A DNA stretch of 64,000 bases from an uncultured Eubacteriales bacterium (GTDB taxonomy: Bacteria > Bacillota > Clostridia > Oscillospirales > CAG-272). The translations under genes and the position numbers were made by a program. The DNA lies in assembly GCA_902491535.1 (NCBI GenBank), contig CABUHS010000010.1:6541-70540 (forward strand), given 5' to 3'. Within the stretch, counting starts at the first letter, position 1, and every line of letters starts with the position of its first letter. Below the pieces are notes generated by a model that saw only the letters and a program-made list of their open reading frames with translations, had not been told where the DNA came from and did no database searches. Below, one piece after another: positions 51,683 through 58,111 of this stretch.

Positions 51683-51904
51683 TTACTCCTTATCTTTAAG
51701 CCATTCAGACTCTATTTCTTCAAAAGGGAAACCCCTGCTTTCGCAATAAGCCTTGATTTTCTTCATAGCCGTAATATTCGGCTTGGTTTTTCCGTTTTCC
51801 CAGCGATTTATCGTACCCACAGATACATTCAGCAGTTTAGCAAACTCTTCTTGTGATAGAAGCGCCCTTTTACGCATATTCCGTATCAACTCACCTAATG
51901 ACAT
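51683..51904 (-). CDS. Small XRE-family HTH protein, first gene of the R-M operon (controller-like)
   Basis: 73 aa with HTH LSQEEFAKLLNVSVGTINRWENG. It ends 5 nt before the hsdM start. Confidence 0.8.
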   Translation of the reverse strand: MSLGELIRNMRKRALLSQEEFAKLLNVSVGTINRWENGKTKPNITAMKKIKAYCESRGFPFEEIESEWLKDKE

Positions 51905-51926
51905 TGTTCTGCCGTTCTCCTTTCAA

Positions 51927-51976
51927 AAGGTTGCTACTATTATAACATAAACCTATCATTTTTTCAAGGTTGCTGC
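51927..51976 (-). promoter_or_regulatory. Promoter of the HTH-hsd operon flanked by a direct-repeat operator candidate
   Basis: On the minus strand, TTGAAA (51962-51967), a 17-nt spacer, then TATAAT (51939-51944). The repeat aaggttgct(a/g)c occurs at 51927-51937 and 51966-51976, bracketing the promoter. Confidence 0.55.
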
Positions 51977-52470
51977 TCATTCTTATATTTACTTGCATTT
52001 TATCGGTACGCCTGCAATATTGTAGGCGTACCTTTTGATATATACAAAGGTGGAATCTGTAATAAAGTAAGGAGGAATTTCAATGCTCAGAAAAGCAATA
52101 TCAGAAAGTGATTGAGCAAAACAGCATTCGGCTCACGAGGCTGTGTGTGACCGAAAGAGTGCAGATTTAGATGGAAAAAGAATGTACAAGAAGAATCTGC
52201 AAGCAGCCAACCGTCAGCGATAGACGGACATTTATCGTACCTCCACCGTACAGGAGCTTTGTACGGCAATGTTTCCGGGATTTCCGTTGTAAGAACAAAT
52301 CCCTGCCGAACGCTTACTATACAAGCGGCAGATTTATGATCTGTATCGGCATTGCGCAGTCAGCTTTGTCTGACGCTCTGTTATTCAGAGTTGCGCTGGG
52401 GCAGTCTTCACTAATGGGAAGATGAGTCCATAGTCCTAACCTCTTTTACAAATGAATAGTAGTTCTCTGC

Positions 52471-53060
52471 GATGAAATGAATGACCAGCTTTTCGGAATG
52501 ATACCATCTTTTCGATATGATAATGATTATCTTTCCGATATGATGTATGACCTTCCTTTTGTCGCCGTTTCTATCGGGCGACAGCAAGATAGAAACGGCG
52601 GCGAGGAATCGTCCGAGAGGCCGTGCGGCAAGGCATTCAGGGATTACAAGAAATGAAAACGGGAGAAACGGCAGGTAAAGTCGCTGAAACTGCCAATGGG
52701 TAAACTATGCCTTGCCGCGTTATGATATGCCGTTTCATGTGATAAATGAATCTATACTTCGGAATGATAATTTAATATGACATACTTTTCGGAAGTCACT
52801 CAGGATTTATCATAGATTTGTATTTGCACGCCTGCGGCGCGTTCCGGCTGTTTGATGTTCAATGATAAGCATGCAAAGAGAACCCGTCATTAAACATCAA
52901 ACTGTCGGCTGAAAATATCCCTCTTAAAGATTCGTATCAGATTGCAAACCCTTCATTTCGATATGATTTATGACCGTCCTTTCAGAATGATGCGTTTTCA
53001 AAATACATACCGTTTTGGAAGAATATGATTTCATTTCGGAATGATCGCAAAAATATGACC
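52471..53060 (+). repeat. Iteron-like field: at least 8 same-orientation copies of TTCG(G/A)(A/T)ATGAT, often followed by TATGAC(C)
   Basis: Copies lie at 52492, 52511, 52533, 52758, 52957, 52981 and 53035, with variants at 52788 and 53015. TATGACC-like half sites lie at 52481, 52546, 52775, 52969 and 53053. No credible ORF is present. Confidence 0.75.
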
Positions 53061-53072
53061 TTCAATTTCAAA

Positions 53073-53116
53073 GGCGGCGACAGGAGATTTTTTTCTGTCG
53101 CCGCCGAATTTTTTTG
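53073..53116 (+). terminator. Intrinsic terminator-like hairpin upstream of the tyrosine recombinase gene
   Basis: 11-bp GC-rich stem ggcggcgacag / ctgtcgccgcc followed by gaattttttt. Confidence 0.6.
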
Positions 53117-53212
53117 CTTTGCAAAAATTCGCTCTATTTTTTACTTGCCAAAATAGATACTCCTTTTCATATTCTTTTTGCCTGAATCAAAAAGGCAAAA
53201 AATTATGAAGGA

Positions 53213-54280
53213 GTGATGCCAATGAGAGAAATCTCAAAAAAGATGGACATTGTAACCGACATTTTGGACACCGCCTTCGACAAGCCGTGGGAAAAGTATT
53301 CTGCTGAAGAATACAAAATCCAGCTTGAAGAAACAAAGTCCAAAGTCCGGGAACTAACGCCCGAACAAGAGCTGAAATTGATGAATAAGCGTATGAATCT
53401 GCGAATACAGGTGACCGCCATTTACAAAAAGGACAGACATGGCAGCCAAGCAACCCGCAAGCGATACTATCAAGCCGCCTGCTATGCCTGTGATTATATT
53501 GCCGGCACCTGTAATTTACAGAAATTCGCAAACTTTCATCCAAAGCATTTCCGTGAAGTTGCAGAGTATTGGAAAACAACAAAAGAACTAAATACGGTTT
53601 ATACCGAGCTTACAGGTTTGCGCAAATATTGTGAGTATGCAGGGTGTAAATACAAGATGCCTGAAAACAAGGAACTGAATCTGCCGAAGCGCGAACCGAC
53701 AAAATATAACCGCGCATGGCTACCTCACGAAATTCAGAAAGCAAAAGAACTTGCTGAAACAATGGGTAGATTCGATGTCCGGGATGCTATTGAACTCGGA
53801 GAAAAATTGGGTCTTCGGATTATCGAAGCCTGTCAGTTCAAGGTCGGAGATGTGAAATCCGCACTCGGTTGGGGCGGTTTGGAAATCAAGAGTAAGGGCG
53901 GTCAGATACGGTTTGTCCCGATTGAAACTGAAGAACAGAAGGAGCTTCTGCAACGCCTGTATCGTGAAGCAAAAGAAAAAGGGTTAATGGACGACGATTT
54001 TATTCTGAGCAAGACAATCAAATACGGTCCGCGTATGGAAAAGAAGTCTATCGAAAACTGGATATACAATCATCGCAAAAAGTTTACAGACCCAAATCGA
54101 GAGCAAACGATAAAGCGCGGTAAAAAGCCGCGGGTTAAAAACATTGTCTTCCACGGGCTTCGCCACAGCTACACACAGGAACGGGGCAAACATTTGCAAG
54201 GCGATCCTAGAAGACAGCAGAAGCTCAGCGAGGGCTTGGGTCATCATCGGTTGTCGGTGACGAATATTTACAAAGAATAA
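53213..54280 (+). CDS. Tyrosine recombinase / phage-integrase family protein
   Basis: About 352-355 aa. It has C-terminal catalytic motifs HGLRHSY and LGHHRLSVTNIY (the Tyr nucleophile sits near the end). The likely start is ATG 53222, 8 nt after AAGGAG. Confidence 0.8.
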   Translation: MMPMREISKKMDIVTDILDTAFDKPWEKYSAEEYKIQLEETKSKVRELTPEQELKLMNKRMNLRIQVTAIYKKDRHGSQATRKRYYQAACYACDYIAGTCNLQKFANFHPKHFREVAEYWKTTKELNTVYTELTGLRKYCEYAGCKYKMPENKELNLPKREPTKYNRAWLPHEIQKAKELAETMGRFDVRDAIELGEKLGLRIIEACQFKVGDVKSALGWGGLEIKSKGGQIRFVPIETEEQKELLQRLYREAKEKGLMDDDFILSKTIKYGPRMEKKSIENWIYNHRKKFTDPNREQTIKRGKKPRVKNIVFHGLRHSYTQERGKHLQGDPRRQQKLSEGLGHHRLSVTNIYKE

Positions 54281-54291
54281 GGAGGAGATAA

Positions 54292-54459
54292 GTGGGCAAA
54301 GAGGTTAAAATCGTTCTCAAATCCCATATACCTGAAGATGAAATCGAAGCATTAGCGAAATGCTTCCTGCCGGACATATTAGACTTTTTTGAATCCGAAG
54401 AAGGCAGACAAGAATTTGAACAGTGGAAAAAGAAACAATCTGAAAAAAGCAATAAATAG
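54292..54459 (+). CDS. Small hypothetical protein (55 aa) coupled to the recombinase gene
   Basis: An AAGGAGGA RBS overlaps the recombinase stop and the start is GTG. The translation is VGKEVKIVLKSHIPEDEIEALAKCFLPDILDFFESEEGRQEFEQWKKKQSEKSNK, followed by a terminator. It is not in the ORF track because it is under 60 aa. Confidence 0.55.
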   Translation: MGKEVKIVLKSHIPEDEIEALAKCFLPDILDFFESEEGRQEFEQWKKKQSEKSNK

Positions 54460-54462
54460 ATA

Positions 54463-54505
54463 ACGACGGTACGAAGACTAATCCTCGTACCGTCGTCATT
54501 TTCTT
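54463..54505 (+). terminator. Intrinsic terminator
   Basis: 12-bp stem acgacggtacga / tcgtaccgtcgt followed by cattttcttt. Confidence 0.8.
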
Positions 54506-54524
54506 TAACTACGCAGTTTCATTG

Positions 54525-54575
54525 AAAAAAACAACAAACCCGAACGTTTCACCGATTGGTAAAAGGTTCGGGTTT
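54525..54575 (-). terminator. Terminator downstream (minus strand) of the tRNA-Leu 3' fragment
   Basis: 9-bp stem aacccgaac / gttcgggtt; on the minus strand it is followed by gttgttttttt. Confidence 0.65.
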
Positions 54576-54583
54576 GAATGCTT

Positions 54584-54642
54584 TGGTGCGGGTAAAAGGA
54601 CTTGAACCTTCACGAAGTTGCCCCCACTAGAACCTGAATCTA
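54584..54642 (-). other. 3' fragment (about 59 nt) of a tRNA-Leu(CAG)-like gene; probable att-site remnant, not a functional tRNA
   Basis: The minus strand reads TAGATTCAGGTTCTAGTGGGGGCAACTTCGTGAAGGTTCAAGTCCTTTTACCCGCACCA. This gives an anticodon loop, a long variable arm, a T-arm GGTTCAAGTCC, the acceptor 3' strand and an encoded CCA. No matching 5' acceptor strand or D-arm follows. Confidence 0.7.
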
Positions 54643-55107
54643 AATTGTATATTATTAAAAGGGAAGGAAAGCTCTGAATTATCGCAAATTAATGCAAAAT
54701 ACCCTATAAATTGCTTAATTATATAATAATAAGGACGTTTCGATTTTATTGTGTGTTAGAATTTCCTGTGATTTCGTTAGAAAAATCGTTAGACAGACAA
54801 TCACCGTTTTAGCCCCGTTTTTACTACGCTTAATTTTATCATTGACGTAACAGAAGATCAACTTATTTATACTGTTTTTATAAAAAAGAAATACCAAGTA
54901 TAATAGCTTTGCCAGATATTTTTGGTGTAACAAAACAATTAGCGTATATTTATTCGTTCCTGAAATCTTGCAAGACAGCGATACTACATACATGTCAGAG
55001 ATATTCATGCGGAGACATATATACTCCCTAAATGCAGAAAAAATAAAAACAGTACTGTTTATGTGAATTGTTGAATAAAAAATAATAAATATTTTTTTGT
55101 AAATATA

Positions 55108-55136
55108 TTGACATAGTTTGGCTAATATGTTAAAAT
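55108..55136 (+). promoter_or_regulatory. Strong sigma-A promoter with an extended -10 at the head of the island
   Basis: TTGACA (55108-55113), a 17-nt spacer ending in TGT, then TAAAAT (55131-55136). Confidence 0.55.
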
Positions 55137-55716
55137 ACAAACAAGATAAAGTCAGATTAATAAATCTAACGATATCTTATATATAATACCCAGTTTAATA
55201 TTTCTCAGGAATTACCTTTTAATAAGAACAGGACATCCCCCTAACGTATCACTTGATTTTTTCAGTATAAGGTATGAGGCTTGTTATGAAAAACTGTTTT
55301 TCCAAGGCGTGTATATCCCTTAATGAAATAACGGTATCAGACTGCAAAAATGATGCAATAAATGCTATTGCTATGTCCAAATTTAATATGTGCGTAAACA
55401 GCGCATTGCTTGCTTGATAGAGGCTTGCTTTGCGCTGTTTTGTCATATAATACTCTATCATGTGCTTGATTATATTTTTATAACAAAACATTAATTATAC
55501 TAGAAATAATTGGAGTGTTTTATGATATTGTTGATTATTATGAAGAAAAGGATTAATATGTGGGGTTAGAAATTCAAAAAAATCAATACTGAATATTCAA
55601 TATTCTAATCCAATTTAATATACAATTTTTTTAGTACGATGTCATAGGTATTGAATAGCATAAGCGTATTAAACAGAAACATTAAGAAGTATAAAACTTG
55701 CGGAGGAAATAAAAAA

Positions 55717-57117
55717 ATGTCAAGGAACTTAAAAATGTCTAAGTATAACTTTATCTGTTTAGATAAAGAAGGAGATTTAATTTTATATAATTTTCTAAAT
55801 GGAATATCAAGTTTAACTAAGATAAAAAAATCTGATATTGATAGTTTCACTAATGGATTTTTGACGAATTCTGAGAAACTTTATGCGGCTTGTAATGAAT
55901 ACAAAGAAATGGCTAATACATTGCTTAAGTTAGGTATATTAGTAGATGATGACACAGACGAAAGTGTTTTATATGATGCAAAACAGTATAGCGAAATTTA
56001 TGATACAAAGCTATACCTTACTATTTTCCCAACAGGAAAGTGTAATTTTAGATGCCCATACTGTTTCGAAACCTCACAAGATTTTAGTCGAGATACAATG
56101 ACGAGTGATTCGCAGGATGCAATACTTAAATTTGTTCAAAAGACAATATCTAATCATAGAATGCTTCATGTATCTTGGTTCGGTGGTGAACCGTTAGTAG
56201 CATCCGAAGTAGTTGAAAATTTATCCGATAAATTTATCCAAATTTGCAATGTAAGACATATACCCTATTCTGCTGATATGGTAACAAACGGCTTTTTACT
56301 TGATTCTAATATGTTTGATACACTTTATAAATTACAGGTATATGATTATATGATTACTATTGATGGATTTAAAAAACAGCATGATAAAAGGAGATTTACA
56401 TATGATGGTAAGGGTTCATATGATACAATTATGGATAACTTGTTAAAGATACGAAATAATAAGCAGTATAAATTTGCTAATATAATGATTCGTGTCAACA
56501 TGTCAACTGGATTTTTGGAAATGCTTGACGAATTTGTGAATTTTCTTGGTTCATCATTTGCCGATGATCCGCGATTCAAATTCATGTTTGTGCCTGTAGT
56601 CAAGTTTTCTAGTTCTCATTTTTCAAATGAAATTATCTATTCTAATCATAAAGAATTGTACATGCGTCTTTCTAAAAATGATGTTTATACGAATAAACTA
56701 TATCCTAATATGCTAAAATTAACTTCAATACTTCCGCAGCAAAAGTGCCCGGCATGCTTAAAAAATTCATATGTTATTACTTCCGATTTGAGTGTGTATA
56801 AATGTAATGCTCACTATGATTTTGATATCAATAAAATCGGGCGAGTAAATTTAAATGGTGATCTATTAATTGATGAAACTCTTCATAGAAGGTGGTACTT
56901 AATGAAAAAGTCTATTCAGAGAATACCCGAATCTTGTAATGACTGTTTCTACTCTCCTTGTTGTCTAAATATCGATTCTGGTTGTCCAGTCAGCTATCTT
57001 AAAACGAATCCAGATGTAACATTATGTCCGTTGAAAGATGAAAATAAAAAAAATAATATTGTTGAAACAATTTTATACGCTGCTGATATATATCCCTGTA
57101 CGACACTTGCATTATAA
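55717..57117 (+). CDS. Radical SAM / SPASM-domain peptide maturase
   Basis: The start at 55717 follows a GGAGGA RBS. It has a CxxxCxxC cluster (GKCNFRCPYCFE) and a roughly 100-aa N-terminal extension (possible RiPP recognition element). The C-terminal Cys-rich SPASM region is CPACLKN...YKCNAH...CNDCFYSPCCLNIDSGCP. Confidence 0.88.
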   Translation: MSRNLKMSKYNFICLDKEGDLILYNFLNGISSLTKIKKSDIDSFTNGFLTNSEKLYAACNEYKEMANTLLKLGILVDDDTDESVLYDAKQYSEIYDTKLYLTIFPTGKCNFRCPYCFETSQDFSRDTMTSDSQDAILKFVQKTISNHRMLHVSWFGGEPLVASEVVENLSDKFIQICNVRHIPYSADMVTNGFLLDSNMFDTLYKLQVYDYMITIDGFKKQHDKRRFTYDGKGSYDTIMDNLLKIRNNKQYKFANIMIRVNMSTGFLEMLDEFVNFLGSSFADDPRFKFMFVPVVKFSSSHFSNEIIYSNHKELYMRLSKNDVYTNKLYPNMLKLTSILPQQKCPACLKNSYVITSDLSVYKCNAHYDFDINKIGRVNLNGDLLIDETLHRRWYLMKKSIQRIPESCNDCFYSPCCLNIDSGCPVSYLKTNPDVTLCPLKDENKKNNIVETILYAADIYPCTTLAL

Positions 57118-57284
57118 TTTTATGTATATATAATTATAATCATAAAATCAAACTACTTTTCAATTTAAATATTGTAACTTTAAAATGGTATTATATCGTA
57201 AATTTCAAAATTTTGTTACAAAAGATTTATATAAATATTAGTATAATTGTTTTTAAAATTTGATTTAGAGGAGGTAAATAGTAT

Positions 57285-57542
57285 ATGATATTTACATATC
57301 AAATGCTTGTCAAAATATTAGTTGATAAATTAGGCTTTGTTCTTCTTGATGGTAGACAAGATGATTTTGCTATTAATGAATACGTTACTGATTCTGTAAC
57401 GTTTATCAAATTAATTATTGCTATAGAAGAGACTATTGGAAAAGAATTAACAGATGACTTTCTTGATTACGAAATGTTGAGTTCCGCAAAAGGCTTTGCG
57501 GCAAAAATAGATTGTTTCATTGATTCTTCTAAGGATCAATAA
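57285..57542 (+). CDS. Acyl carrier protein-related small protein
   Basis: 85 aa. TDSVTFIKLIIAIEETIGKELTDDFL matches the ACP helix II region with a DS(L/V) phosphopantetheine-site-like serine. A good RBS (GAGGAGG) precedes it. Confidence 0.7.
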   Translation: MIFTYQMLVKILVDKLGFVLLDGRQDDFAINEYVTDSVTFIKLIIAIEETIGKELTDDFLDYEMLSSAKGFAAKIDCFIDSSKDQ

Positions 57543-57605
57543 ATACTATTAAATACTGGGATTAATTAATTTTGAGCGTTACTATAGTTTTTATAAAAGA
57601 ACTAA

Positions 57606-57620
57606 AAACGCGACGCGTTT
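57606..57620. promoter_or_regulatory. Perfect 15-bp palindrome AAACGCG-A-CGCGTTT just upstream of the precursor RBS (operator candidate)
   Basis: It is a GC-rich dyad in an otherwise AT-rich stretch, and it ends 4 nt before AAGGAGG. Confidence 0.4.
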
Positions 57621-57640
57621 AAGAGAAGGAGGTGAATACT

Positions 57641-57775
57641 TTGAAAAAGATCTTAAAAAAGAAGATAAAATTTTCATCGAATGCTATTCGTTATTTTTCC
57701 GGTGAACTTGTTCAATATTGGAAACCAGAGAATTTTCCAGATGGTACTTCTGGTACTTGTCATTATACGTGTTAA
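57641..57775 (+). CDS. Candidate RiPP precursor peptide (44 aa), not in the ORF track
   Basis: An AAGGAGGTG RBS lies 7 nt before a TTG start. The translation is MKKILKKKIKFSSNAIRYFSGELVQYWKPENFPDGTSGTCHYTC, with a basic leader-like N-terminus and a Gly/Ser/Thr/Cys C-terminus. It lies between the ACP-like and protease genes. Confidence 0.6.
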   Translation: MKKILKKKIKFSSNAIRYFSGELVQYWKPENFPDGTSGTCHYTC

Positions 57776-58111
57776 CTATAATAATACCGTTATAAATTAT
57801 AGTAATATTGATAGTTATTCACTATGTTAAACGAAGTAATGAATGATTAGAAATGTTATAGCAGTTTTTAATCATCGCGTTATTCTCCTAATTTTAGAAG
57901 ATTGATTTTTTTGCTATGTGTATGTAGAAACTATGGTAACGCTAAGTTTTTACATATTTTGATTATTTCTTCACTGAAATAAAATTTATATATAGTATGC
58001 AGCAATAGTATATTGTTTCGTATGGGTTTGTTTTTGATAAGCGTTATTCACCCAAAAGAATAATATAATCTGCATTAACAAGTACTTTGAGAAATGAGGT
58101 GAAATAACATT

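Larger units (their letters stand above)
42465..54505. mobile_element. Mosaic mobile region: serine recombinase, type I R-M cargo, repeat field and tyrosine recombinase (boundaries not defined)
   Basis: Two recombinase genes bracket a defence operon and a 1.3-kb non-coding repeat field. No att sites could be identified by eye. Confidence 0.35.

Noticed and set aside
52083-52440. Strong RBS (AAGGAGG) followed by a 10-codon ORF, and an apparently protein-like frame continuing through several in-frame stops (possible decayed gene or recoding)
   Set aside because: About 5 stops in about 120 codons is what random sequence gives. Other genes in the window use TGA, TAA and TAG as normal stops. No family motif was recognised. 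ORFs 52171-52425 and 52087-52269 were rejected for the same reason.
54584-54680. Intact tRNA-Leu gene
   Set aside because: Only the 3' 59 nt are tRNA-like. The sequence where the 5' acceptor strand (GCGGGTA) and D-arm should be is unrelated AT-rich DNA.
54715-55140. 141-aa minus-strand ORF. The same reasoning applies to 55605-55850, 56346-56603, 57986-58243 and other short ORFs in the island.
   Set aside because: The sequence is low-complexity and Ile/Phe/Lys/Tyr/Leu-rich, as expected from chance frames in very AT-rich DNA. There is no RBS, and these frames overlap a promoter or lie antisense to supported genes.
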